This document shows positions 20,747 to 31,344 of a stretch of 64,000 bases of DNA, piece after piece. This DNA is from an uncultured Gammaproteobacteria bacterium. GTDB lineage: Bacteria; Pseudomonadota; Gammaproteobacteria; JABCZS01. The first letter of the stretch is position 1. Every line of letters begins with the position of its first letter. Below the pieces are notes generated by a model, which was not told where the DNA came from, searched no databases, and worked only from the letters and a program-made list of their open reading frames with translations. The stretch covers positions 896,001 to 960,000 of the forward strand of contig CAWKDC010000001.1 of assembly GCA_963848305.1 (NCBI GenBank). Reading direction: 5' to 3'. Both the position numbers and the translations under genes were made by a program.

Positions 20747-22317
20747 CTATTGCTCACGAAACACAGCACGCGTACTGGTGACCACGCTGCCTGACGCAGC
20801 ATCAATGCTGACGACACGGCCATAACCAGGGACTTCATCGCCTGGAATCACGGTGATCAATTCGCCCCGCTCGGAGCGCAGCCATGCTCGACCAGGGATG
20901 ATGGCTTGCACCATCATTTTCACAGGAGAAGGTTCACGCATATGAGAAGCTTGCGTATTTTCATTGATGGCACGTTGTTGTTGACCCACGATATTCGTTT
21001 GCGTGACCACATCTTCCTTAAGACCTTGCACCTCACTGTTCAACAAACGCACTTGTTGTTGCAATTCATTGATGCGATCCAATTTGGTATCGAGTGCCTG
21101 CATTTTCTTGACCGCAGATTCCAGCGTTGCTTGCATGCCAGGTGTGCCGTTCTCCGTTGACAAGCGGTCTAGCCGTTCAGCCTGTTCCGTTGGTGTCATC
21201 GCCCCGGTACCCACTTGTGATAAACGTTGATCAATCGATTGCAATGCCATTTCCAATTTATCCAATTTCTCACTCACATCTGTGGTTGCAGGTGCGGCCA
21301 TTTCGTTAGGTTGTGGTTGGCCGGCGCATTCACGAGGGTACCTGTTGAAACCACTTCGGGAGTTTGTGCCGCAGCATGCACGACTGTGCCAGGGACAACC
21401 ATTTCTGTCATCATACCTGTTGAAGGAATCGTCACCGTGGGTTGCACACTGGGTAACCCTGAAGTCACACTGCCAGGCACCGGCAAATTGCTGGGCGTTG
21501 CTGCGACCACTTCAGGGATAGGAGTTACAGCCACCTCAGGCCTTTGTGTGACAGGAGCTACAGCTCGCACAGGTTTTGCAGCGGCTACTGCAGGAATAGG
21601 TTTGTGGATTTCAGCCATTTCTACTGGTTTTTCACCCAAAAAGAATTTCAACCCACCATATATCATGAGGGCTAATACCAACATCACGCCCAATCGCGCT
21701 GCGATGCGTTTCAGATCAGGCGACTTTTTAGCTGGAGGAGGTGTTTCATCCGCCATGCCGATGTCACCCAACTCGGGCTCTGCACCGCCGATGTCTTCAA
21801 AACTGGCTTCAGATTGAGGCTCATAATCAAACAAGGCATCATCACTCAATGATTGACCGGGTTTTTCTTCTGGAAAATCCGCGTTCATGTCCCCAAAAGG
21901 ATCCGGTGACGTGGTTGGCGTTTTAGGGGGTGTCGATGCGGCGGTATTATCAGCAAATAAAGCTTCAAATTCTTCACCACTCGGGATATTGGCTTTCAAC
22001 TTTTTCGGCGGCAAAGGTTCATTGGGGCTGTCAGCAAACAGTGCATCAAATTCTGCGCCCGTGGGAATACCTTCTTTTGATTTTTTAGGAGGGAGCGGTC
22101 CGCTCGGGCTATCGGCAAACAACGCATCAAAATCTGGATCTGGTGGCGTATCAACCTTTTTGCTTTTGGCTGCTTTCTTTTGAGGCACAGGCGATGACTC
22201 TGTGTCTGAACCGAGATCTTTCAGCAAGTCGTCTAGTGAAGGCGCCGTTCCAGTGTCACCGAATAAATCCGTTAACTCGGAGTAGTCCTCAACTTTCTTT
22301 TTGTCATCGTCAGTCAT
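20747..22317 (-). CDS. icmG: IcmG/DotF; apparent frameshift near 21320
   Basis: Acidic N-terminus, single TM, coiled coil, C-terminal QAIIPGRAWL...GDEVPGYGRV. Confidence 0.85.
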
Positions 22318-22366
22318 AATGTGCCCTATTTCATAACGGTAAGTTTAGCATCTATTCTCATTGCCA

Positions 22367-24641
22367 TCATTGATAGCCCCCTAATGCGCCACCTTGACTG
22401 CTTGTCAACGTAGCATCTTTGGATAAGCGCGTTGAAGCAGCAGATTTAATCGGCATGGCCGGTGTTGTTGGCGGTGCAACTGGCGCAGGTTTTTCGCCCG
22501 GCGCTAATGGCGCATCCGCGCGCAAGGGTTTTTCACCCGTTGTAGGCGGTTGCTCGATTTTCAAATCAGACATGATCAACAAACCCACCCCTGTGCCACT
22601 GTCCAAAGTGACGGTCGGTTGAATGTTTTTCTTTTCCAAATCGTCCCCAATAGCTTGCCCCACTTTACCCAAACCAACAATGACTTGATCACGTGATGTC
22701 GCAGGCACTTGGCTGGCGATGGTCGCGCTGCCATCTGATGACAACGTGGGCGTTCCTAAACTGGTTTCCACGGCTTCCCCCATTCCTTGCAAGAAACTGG
22801 CTGCAATGATGGTTCCGTATTTTTCCAGCGTATGATTGTCAACAGACGTCGCCACACTGGTGCGAGACGTTTCGGGATCTACAGCAACCGCATCAATGGC
22901 AATACTTTGCGGCACTTCAGGCAAGCTGAGCACGTTGAATCGCACGAACAAAACTTGATCTTGACGTTGGAATGTCCCCATGATCCGCGCACCCTTCAAA
23001 GGACCTTCTGATACTATCCTCGCCAACACAGGACCTGGATCATCACTGTTCACTGACGTGTCGATCACAGCGAATAGCATGTCACCCGCTTTATGAACGA
23101 TGGGTCCTTGACCTGCCGGCGGCAACCCATTGACATTGCCCGGCGCTGCGGGCGGTGTTGCCACAATTTCAGGTGCGATGCCGCGCACATACATCTGCGT
23201 AGGGTGCCCATGTTTGCATGATCGCCTGCGCTTGTGAATTCATTAAATTTTCATACGCCGCCAGTCGCGCTTGCTGATCCGCTAACGCTTGCGCATGTTG
23301 TTCTGCCGTCAACTCTGCATTGCGTTGTTCTTGCAATTTTTGTTGCTCAGCGATCAATCGTTGATACTCTGCTGCCGCACCTTGAGCGGGATTGATATTA
23401 GCATGCCCACCTTGGCCGGGTGACAAAGAAGAAATCATTTCGTGTACACCGCCCGGTGCAGGGCAAGGATTCCCCTGACGATCAACCCCTTGGCGGTTGC
23501 AGCCCAAACGGTTGTAGCCATCTTTATCGTACCCATCTTTATCATACCCTTGCTTATCGAAACCATCTTTATCGTAACCGTTTCTATCATACCCCTGTTT
23601 ATCAAAACCGGCATCGTTGTATCCTTTCGCATCGTAACACGCTTTGCCAGATCGGTTTAAGCCTTGCTTGTTGCATCCATTTTTATCGAAACCATCTTTG
23701 TCATACCCGTCTCTGTCATAACCGTTTCTATCGACACCTTCTTTGTTATAACCTTCGGCATCAAATCCTTCTTTATCCATGCCAAATTTATCAACACCTG
23801 CCGCATTCAAACCATCGATGTTATAGCACGGCTTACCATTTTTATCATTCCCTGCTTTATTGCAGCCATTGCGATCGAAACCATCTTTATTGAAGCCGTC
23901 TTTGTCAAATCCACATTTATCATACCCTTCGGCGTTGAAGCCCTCTTTGTTGTAACACACCTTACCATCGGGATCTAAGCCGTCGCGATTACACCCATTG
24001 GCATCCAATCCTTGCTTGTTGAAACAGTCCACACCGAAAGCTTCAGCACAGGGTTTACCCTGGCGATCGAATCCTTGACGGTTACAACCATTGCGATCAA
24101 AACCATCTTTGTCATAACCAAAACGATCGAACCCTTCTTTATCGAAACCATTCCTGTCAAACCCTTGTTTGTCAAAACCGTTTATATCGTAACCGTCTTT
24201 GTCGTAACCTTTTTTATCAAACCCCATCGCATTGTAGCCATCGCGGTTAAACCCTTCTGCATCAAATCCCTTTTCATCGTAACATTCTTCCCCGCAACGT
24301 GCTTCCCCCAGAATACCAAAGCCTTCACGGTTATATCCCCCCTCTCCTTGATTGATGAGCGAGGGCACAGCGCTGGTGGTACCTGCTAAGGCTGCTCTGG
24401 CTTTTTCTTCATTCGCCAAGGCAACGAGGGGATCGTACACAACGCTGGGCGTGCCGGCACCTGGCAATGATTCTAAATGGGGAGACACACGTTTTGTGCT
24501 AGATTGACTCGCCTCAATCACACTGGGGGCACTGCGCGTGCCAAACCAAATCGCACCAATGGCAATCACGATCACGACCAGCACAACGACGAGCAGTGCA
24601 CGTGATTTCATGTTCCCAATTTTCTCGAATAGGTTTGCCAT
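22367..24641 (-). CDS. icmE: IcmE/DotG (VirB10/TrbI-like C-terminus); apparent frameshift near 23200
   Basis: N-terminal TM, SLPG motif, pentapeptide repeats, KAGDMLFAVIDTSVNSDDPGPVLA TrbI domain. Confidence 0.88.
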
Positions 24642-25748
24642 TTAGAGCCCTTTCACCTGTAAAGTCGTGCTTCGTCCCTGATCAGACACTAGAACCAAGG
24701 GTGTCGGTGACAATTGATACACTTTGGTGCCATCTGGACTGGACATGGTGGCTTGCCAACCCGGAGATAACATCGTCAAGGAAGTACGCAATAACATATG
24801 ATGTCCGTATAACCACGCTTGCGCATGCCCGCCCACCACTTCCAGCATTTTAGCATCAGAAGGGGCAACACCGTCTAATAAATTCATGAGCACAGGATTA
24901 CTGTTGCTCGGCATCGTGCCCGCAATCATAGAGCCTGTGGCTTTAGGACCGCGACCTTGTACACGGAAATCCAAGCGATAATCCACCACGCGTTGATCAC
25001 TCACCAAAGTAATCATGATTGGTGTGGGTAAATCACGTAACGTAACAGCCATATTCCCCGTGGCATAAGCGACCATGCCCCTGCATCATCATCACGTTGC
25101 TTTCTTGATCCCATTGGATATTGAAACGGGTGGGATCGCCGATGCTATACGACGCAATCGGCCAAGGTGAACCGGTTTGATCAATAAACACGATGGACGT
25201 TACATACCCCAATCCCAGTCGCACGACGGGAGGCACACTGCCGGGCGACAACATCACATTTTGTGTGGACACCACAGGACGCGGCGGTGTTGTTGGCGTT
25301 GTCGCAATCGCCCTTTGTGTTTGATCTTGAATGCCGCGCAATGCTTGAATTTGCTCGGGTGTCATGGGAAACATTTTTCCAGTCATGTTTTGAAAAGCGG
25401 GATCTTTCAACGTGCCCAACACCGTCGGATCAATTAACTGTGATGGCGCAGGCGCCAAAGTGGCTGCAGCGCCGCTGTTGCCCGCTGAAGCGCCCGGAGA
25501 TTGGCCCAGCGTTAATGCAGGCGCAGAAGATGCGGGAGGAGGCACTTGTGCTGTGATGGCCACAGGCGCTGACGTGGATGTCTCAGGTGTTGAAACAGCG
25601 GGCGCTGGTGCAGGGGCAGCAACGGCAGGTGCAGGGGCTGGACCAGATTAAATATTGACGGCATGGCTGATCCTTCATCCGCACAAGCGCCCATACTTGC
25701 CACAGCAAGCATGCCCATGCAGATGATTCCCTTCAAGACTGTCTCCAT
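24642..25748 (-). CDS. icmK: IcmK/DotH; apparent frameshifts near 25640 and 25070
   Basis: Signal peptide, FPMTPEQI, PPVVRLGLGYVTS, GSPWPI, GNMAV...DYRLDFRVQGRGP. Confidence 0.88.
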
Positions 25749-25764
25749 ATCGTCTCACCCCAAC

Positions 25765-26448
25765 TTACCGTTCTTCTACCCGATCTTGAACCACGAACTG
25801 CGCAATCGCAATACCTTCTGGGTATTGTGTCGTTGGCACACGGGCCACTAAAATGGTGACCAGCACTGGTTGCCTTAATTCTTCACTGGCTGAAGTATAC
25901 TTCACCAACATGGGGATTTGAATTTTCCAAGCGTAACGGCCTTGGATCAACCCTTGTTGGATAATACGAGGCACATCGGTCACCGTGGCTTGAACGACCA
26001 AGCGTTTCGCCACCACTGTGTCTAAGTTGCCCGACGATTTTAAAGCATCTAAAAAGTTCTTGAAGCCCGTTGCCGTGAAATATTGCTGTACGCTGTTCAA
26101 ATCATTTTGCCAATCGACGAAATTGAAGGAATACGCAGAAACAGCCGCCCGCGTTGCCCAAACCAGCAACGTTTCTTGCGCAATTAACGGTTCTGTGAGG
26201 GGTTGAATTTCAATCAGTGAGCCATTGGTTTGGGTTGCAAAATACACAGGCGCAGGCTTTGTGAGGAATTGGATGATGACCAGCGCGAGCAAAGCGATGT
26301 TGACTATCAAAGAGATCAGCAAAGCGGTCATGCTTTTGCGGTAACCGTCCCGATAGAAATAATTACGGAAGCGAACCAATTCAAGCCCACTTACTTTCTG
26401 TTGTTCGGATTGTGCTTTAGCACCTGCAACCGGTTCCTTGTCAGCCAT
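25765..26448 (-). CDS. icmL: IcmL/DotI
   Basis: RNYFYRDGYR, PVYFAT, YFTATG...SGNLD, YAWKIQIP, GIAIAQFV. Confidence 0.92.
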   Translation of the reverse strand: MADKEPVAGAKAQSEQQKVSGLELVRFRNYFYRDGYRKSMTALLISLIVNIALLALVIIQFLTKPAPVYFATQTNGSLIEIQPLTEPLIAQETLLVWATRAAVSAYSFNFVDWQNDLNSVQQYFTATGFKNFLDALKSSGNLDTVVAKRLVVQATVTDVPRIIQQGLIQGRYAWKIQIPMLVKYTSASEELRQPVLVTILVARVPTTQYPEGIAIAQFVVQDRVEER

Positions 26449-26489
26449 GTCGATCGATCCTCTGATGTCAATTTTTGAGGGCGCGTATA

Positions 26490-26539
26490 AAATCCCCCCG
26501 ATTCGCTTCACGAATCTGCCCCCTTTTTCAAAGGGGGCG
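26490..26539. repeat. Palindromic element (copy 2 of the CCCCCTTT..AAAGGGGG family)
   Basis: aaatcccccc gattcgcttcacgaatc t gccccctttttcaaagggggc. Confidence 0.55.
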
Positions 26540-26557
26540 TAACCCTACAAGCATAGC

Positions 26558-26833
26558 TTAAACTCTGGCACGGTACCACCAAGGACGAGAGACCTTGTGC
26601 CGCCCAGCAAATATGCCTCGAAACAGCCGCAAGAATACCGTGACGGTAAAGCCGTAACGTTCCAGCACCATGAAAAAGGCGACGCCAATGACCGCCACCG
26701 CCAACGTCCACAAACGCGGCAGAAATATCAAGATCAGCAAAGGGAACAATGCCCGATAATCCACAATGAAAAACCGTACAGGGCGAGAGGAATCTCGCCA
26801 GTGCGCAGTAGGGCTTGGGACGATCGGGGGCAT
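26558..26833 (-). CDS. icmT: IcmT
   Basis: AHWRDSSRPVRFFIVDYRA...LERYGFTVTVFLR. Confidence 0.92.
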   Translation of the reverse strand: MPPIVPSPTAHWRDSSRPVRFFIVDYRALFPLLILIFLPRLWTLAVAVIGVAFFMVLERYGFTVTVFLRLFRGIFAGRHKVSRPWWYRARV

Positions 26834-26842
26834 ACGAAATCC

Positions 26843-27193
26843 TTAAGTCTTTGGTTTAGAGGCATCAGTGGAGGGCTGTGCTGTTTGATTTAATCTCTCA
26901 GCTGCCTTTTGGCGCAAATCATCTGGTGGTGGTACAGAATGGCTCTTCACAAATTGTGCGCCTGAAGGCATCACGGTACCCGATACCCTCGAATTTTCTT
27001 CTGCAGCTTTCACTGACATCAAAAATTCTTTGCCCTTCTTGGCGTTCGCAATCATCGCAGGCGTCAAAATATTATTTGGGTCCAGCGCTAAGATGACCGT
27101 GGCCACATCAATCGGCACAGCCACAACATTCAGGTTTTCAGGCCTGTGCATGATGTCATCAATCACAGCGTTCATCACTTTATTATTTCTCAT
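26843..27193 (-). CDS. Hypothetical protein between dotB and icmT
   Basis: aggaagg RBS, operon position; no recognised family. Confidence 0.6.
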   Translation of the reverse strand: MRNNKVMNAVIDDIMHRPENLNVVAVPIDVATVILALDPNNILTPAMIANAKKGKEFLMSVKAAEENSRVSGTVMPSGAQFVKSHSVPPPDDLRQKAAERLNQTAQPSTDASKPKT

Positions 27194-27213
27194 ATTGTCC
27201 TTCCTATTCACTT

Positions 27214-28224
27214 CTACTCAAATTCACTTTGTAACAACTCTGCACGTACTTCATCGGTAAACACCAACCATTCGCGCAACGGCACACGTCCGCCGTCTCG
27301 GGTTGGGATGAGCCGTTGCCAAACAACAGCACGGATCAATTCGATTAAATCCACGCCACGGCCATAGCGCTCTTCGGCGGGAAATGCGGCAATCATGCGG
27401 CGCAATGTATCGGCAACGCCATTCGCATGCACGGTGGTATACACCACGTGGCCTGTGAGGGCAGCGTCGATCACGGCAGCGATCGTTTCTTTGTCGCGGG
27501 CTTCACCCACCAAAATATACGTGGGCTTGCGGCGCAGCGCATTGCGCACAGCCGATGGAAAATCTGGCAAGTTGGCGGGGATTTCATGCTGAGCGATTGA
27601 TGAGTGCACTTGTTCGACGTTATCATACACAAACTCAATCGGAGATTCATACGTTAACACTTTGCCTGTGTAATTTTCTAATACTTCTCGCATGATAGAA
27701 GCGAGCAAGGTGGATTTACCTGAACCAGTGGCCCCTGCAACGATCACAATGCCTTGATCGGGGATCATGGCTTCAGCAAGAGGTTCGGGCAAGCCCATGT
27801 CTTTCAAATGAGGGGGATCGATTGGAATACTGCGCAAGGTGATTTGAATGCCTTCAACACCTTCCACATGACAACCGGTGGCATTCACGCGGAAACGGTA
27901 ACGTTCTGTGCGGGAAGGTTTGATTTCATAATGTGTGTCTAGATCACGACCGCTTAAAATTTGTGCGGTACCGTTGGCGCCGTAAATTTTGTTGAGGAGT
28001 TCGGCCACTTCTGTGTTCGATAATTTATGTTGCGTGATGCGGTAAATGCGGCCATGCACATCAGCGATGACTTTATCGTTGGTTTGCAAGGTAATATCTG
28101 ACACATGGTTACGTACGCAGAACAACAGGAGTTCATCCAAATCGAGAGACGAGAAACGGCTGGGCTCCTTGGGATAGAGCAACTCCTTTTCTTGCAACTG
28201 GCCATGTATTTCACTGGCTTTCAT
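27214..28224 (-). CDS. dotB: DotB PilT-like ATPase
   Basis: SDITLQT, RFRVNATGC, GATGSGKST, ESPIEFVYD, ALRRKP...LVGEARD. Confidence 0.93.
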   Translation of the reverse strand: MKASEIHGQLQEKELLYPKEPSRFSSLDLDELLLFCVRNHVSDITLQTNDKVIADVHGRIYRITQHKLSNTEVAELLNKIYGANGTAQILSGRDLDTHYEIKPSRTERYRFRVNATGCHVEGVEGIQITLRSIPIDPPHLKDMGLPEPLAEAMIPDQGIVIVAGATGSGKSTLLASIMREVLENYTGKVLTYESPIEFVYDNVEQVHSSIAQHEIPANLPDFPSAVRNALRRKPTYILVGEARDKETIAAVIDAALTGHVVYTTVHANGVADTLRRMIAAFPAEERYGRGVDLIELIRAVVWQRLIPTRDGGRVPLREWLVFTDEVRAELLQSEFE

Positions 28225-28277
28225 GATATCTACCTCTGTTATAACGTCTGGGGACAACCCCCGCCCTTGCAGGGCAT

Positions 28278-28299
28278 GGGCGGGAATACCCGCCCCTAC
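28278..28299 (-). repeat. GTAG-type REP palindrome
   Basis: Minus strand GTAGGGGCGGGTATTCCCGCCC, nearly identical to 42018-42039. Confidence 0.7.
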
Positions 28300-28302
28300 A
28301 CA

Positions 28303-29164
28303 TCAATTCGCATCGTTGACAGTGGGTGTCCATGCATCACTGTTCGGCTTGAGTGAAGGCAGTGCTTTGATCGTTAAGATCCGATCATTCACTGACAAGG
28401 ATTCACCCCCGCCGGTCACGCCCAAATCCCGTTGAGCCACTTGTGGCGCACTCACCATATTTTGCGCCAACAACATACGATACCTCACCATTCCTTGATA
28501 ATCTCGCTTCAAACGTGCAAGGTTATCTTCATAAATCTGGTTCGCTAATGCCAAACCGCTGTCCCATCCTTCTATCACGCTCGCTTGCCATACTTTCTTT
28601 TCTTGATCGGTTGATGGCAACAGCGACACATCTGGCGGTGCAGGCCGCGTTTCGTCCATGACTAAGTATTCATGCCACGTGGGCGCCAGCGTCACAAACT
28701 TGGCCTGCTTGATAATGCGGTACGTCCTGTCGGCTACTCGAATATTTTGCCCGTCTGACATACTCATGTCGTTCCGGCTTTCAAGCATAACCGGGGGCAA
28801 CACCCCGCCGTCCATTATCATCGCGTGAAAGTTGAAAACATTATCGAGATGGTCTTCTTGCATAGCGACCATTTCATTAATCTCTTGACCTCTCACGGCC
28901 AATGCCGTCCTCGCACTGATGCTCATGGCGGTATCCCTGATCGCCTGCATCCTAATATGGTTCGTCTTCCCCTTAGACTTTGTCAGGCCTTCCTGGCGAG
29001 AAAGGACTTGTAAGTCCTTGAATTCTTGAGGACCGATCTTTGACGTGCACCTCTACCTCATTCAAGGCTAAAGGGTTGGGGGCGCGAACGGAGCCACAAC
29101 CTGCCAAGGAGAGAATCACGCATATTCCTATGATTAAGTTTGGCACATAATTCATTTTTTGCAC
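28303..29164 (-). CDS. dotC: DotC lipoprotein; apparent frameshift near 29033
   Basis: Lipobox LAGC; IRMQAIRDTAMS, VLPPV, ADRTYRII, NLARLKRDYQGM. Confidence 0.88.
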
Positions 29165-29313
29165 GTTCCTCTATTGAGCTTACTGTAACCCGGGTGGTAT
29201 GTGACCTACCAACAAACAAGATTTTCCTGTTACACCCCCCCATTACAAGGCATGAGCGCAAAGGCGTATACCCCCGAAAGCGGAGCCGCCCCTACAGGCG
29301 GGTAGTTACAAAT

Positions 29314-29769
29314 TTACAAATAATGCAATTCAATGACGCCCGATGTTGGAAATACAACCACGTTCGCACGCCCGTTGGCTTGACCGCGTATATCCTGCAA
29401 TAACTCGTAGGCCATCGTATCCTGTCGATCCAGTGTCACCAACACAGGAATGGCGGGCTCGTGCCCCAATACTTTTAAACGCATTTGGCTCGCTTGAGCG
29501 ATCTGTTTCAACACAGGTTCAACGGGCCCCGACCAATCAATCGTGATCAAACGTGTCAACACAAGTGGCGGCGCAGTGTCTTCCTCCCGCACCAATTTGT
29601 TTTGAACGTTCTTCACATTCGCCAAATCATTCAGTGCACGACTGACCGACGTTGCAGCCTCGGCCGTGTCCACCATCGCGGGATCAGAGCGCTGCGCTTG
29701 CATCGCAGGATCTTGCGCGCATCCGAACAGCAAAAACAAAGTAATTAAACCAACCATTTTATTAAACAT
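29314..29769 (-). CDS. dotD: DotD lipoprotein
   Basis: Lipobox LFGC, AEAATSVS, IDWSGPVEP, GHEPAIPVLV, VIELHY. Confidence 0.9.
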   Translation of the reverse strand: MFNKMVGLITLFLLFGCAQDPAMQAQRSDPAMVDTAEAATSVSRALNDLANVKNVQNKLVREEDTAPPLVLTRLITIDWSGPVEPVLKQIAQASQMRLKVLGHEPAIPVLVTLDRQDTMAYELLQDIRGQANGRANVVVFPTSGVIELHYL

Positions 29770-29868
29770 AATGCCCCACCATCAATTCACCTAATGTGCT
29801 TAGTATAACTCAGGGTTTCATATTTGTTATGCTAAGATGAGAGGTATAACTGATGGAAGACTGAAAGC
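29770..29868. promoter_or_regulatory. Divergent dotD / icmS promoter region
   Basis: AT-rich gap between divergent operons; TATACT on the minus strand at 29807-29802. Confidence 0.4.
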
Positions 29869-30210
29869 ATGGTCGATTTTGGCAAAACACTGGGACTCGT
29901 GGCCCGTGAAATGAAAATTGGGTTTACCCTTCACGACAAAACTGTCGCCGTAGACAGCGTGTTCTCAGAAACAGGGTTGCTACCCGCCTTTATCCGCCGA
30001 GCTGATCGTCTTTGCAATTTTTGTATGGGGTATGGGTTGGGCGTCACATTTGACCCTTCCGAGAATGCACAATTGGGCATCAAAGCAGTCTTCAACAATG
30101 ACGTCCCCAATGTGCTGCGCTTGATGTGCGCCGTTGAAATTTTATATGAACTGGCAGAAGCCGCACGTAACAGAACCAGCATCCCGCTGGACGATTTAAT
30201 GTACGATTGA
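29869..30210 (+). CDS. icmS: IcmS adaptor
   Basis: VFSETGLLPA, RADRLCNFCMGYGLG, PNVLRL, PLDDLMYD. Confidence 0.93.
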   Translation: MVDFGKTLGLVAREMKIGFTLHDKTVAVDSVFSETGLLPAFIRRADRLCNFCMGYGLGVTFDPSENAQLGIKAVFNNDVPNVLRLMCAVEILYELAEAARNRTSIPLDDLMYD

Positions 30211-30223
30211 TCAGGGACAAGGT

Positions 30224-31344
30224 ATGGCAGGGCAGCAGCAACAAGGGCAAGGTCAAGAAAATTCGATGGATCTCCTCTGGGGAGTCGTGTTTTTGGTCGC
30301 TGTTGGTTTGGTACTCTGGTATTTCGCCCGTGTGCCCATTTTAAAATTCATGTTCAATGTCAAGCTTGCTGAAATTTATGCGATGAGTTTTTTCACAGAT
30401 TCACTCATCCCGGCAAGAAAAGCCATTTTGCAATATTACAATGACCCCAGCGTGCTCGCCTTTCAACAAGTGCAAGAAATTTTCTCCTACATTGGCAATG
30501 TCGCCCGTTACCCAATTGCCGCGATTTTAGGGATTTTGTCCCTGGTCGTCTTTTTCAAACACCCTTTACTGACGTTCAAAACGGTGTACACCATGGAAAA
30601 ATTGCGCAAATCTGAAAAAGACATTTGGCCGCAAATCAATCCTACCCTGAACCTTGACCTGGTCAACACCGATATCTTTGAAGGTGCCTGGGCCATGTCT
30701 GATAATCCCATGGAATTTGCCAAAAAATATCGCTTGATTGAAGAATTGCCCGTACCGATCGACCCATTCCTTGCCAAACGTGGATTGATCGAAATTCAAA
30801 TCATTCCTGATCGCGCCCGTGCCGTGTTCATCAAACAAATGGGGCCGGTGCTGGATGATCTGAACCAACTTCCCATCCACACCAAAGCTCTCTTTGCCAT
30901 TTTTGCTGCACATGCCGTGAATGATTTGAAAGGCGCCAATGAGTTGAAACTTAATATTGCACGTTCCAGCGCCAACGGAAAGCCGGATTTCAAAGGTGCC
31001 CAAGCATTGCTCAAAAAACATTACAACACGAAACCCATCGCCAAAATTTTCAGTCAACATGCGTATGTATATACGATGATGATCTCGATGCTAGAGTATG
31101 CTCGCACAAATGGTGTATTAGCCACAGCAGATTTTTTATGGCTCAAACCGATTGATCGCCCCCTGTGGTACATTTTAAATTCAACTGGACGTCACACTCC
31201 TTTTTGTGAAGTCGGGGTCCATTCGCTCACTGGAAAGCTGAAAAGGCTATGAAACGCAAGGTGGTACGCCCCATGGTGGATCAAGCCATTAAGGCGCTCA
31301 ACGAGGCCGTTAAAATTATTATTTACACGCGAGATGAAGACTGA
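30224..31344 (+). CDS. icmP: IcmP/DotM; apparent frameshift near 31216
   Basis: WAMSDNPMEF, QHAYVYT, FLWLKPIDR; shifted frame gives PFAHWKAE...PMVDQAIKAL ending at TGA 31344, overlapping the icmO ATG. Confidence 0.9.

Noticed and set aside
23420-24389. Antisense and alternative-frame repetitive ORFs in icmE
   Set aside because: By-products of the pentapeptide repeat coding sequence
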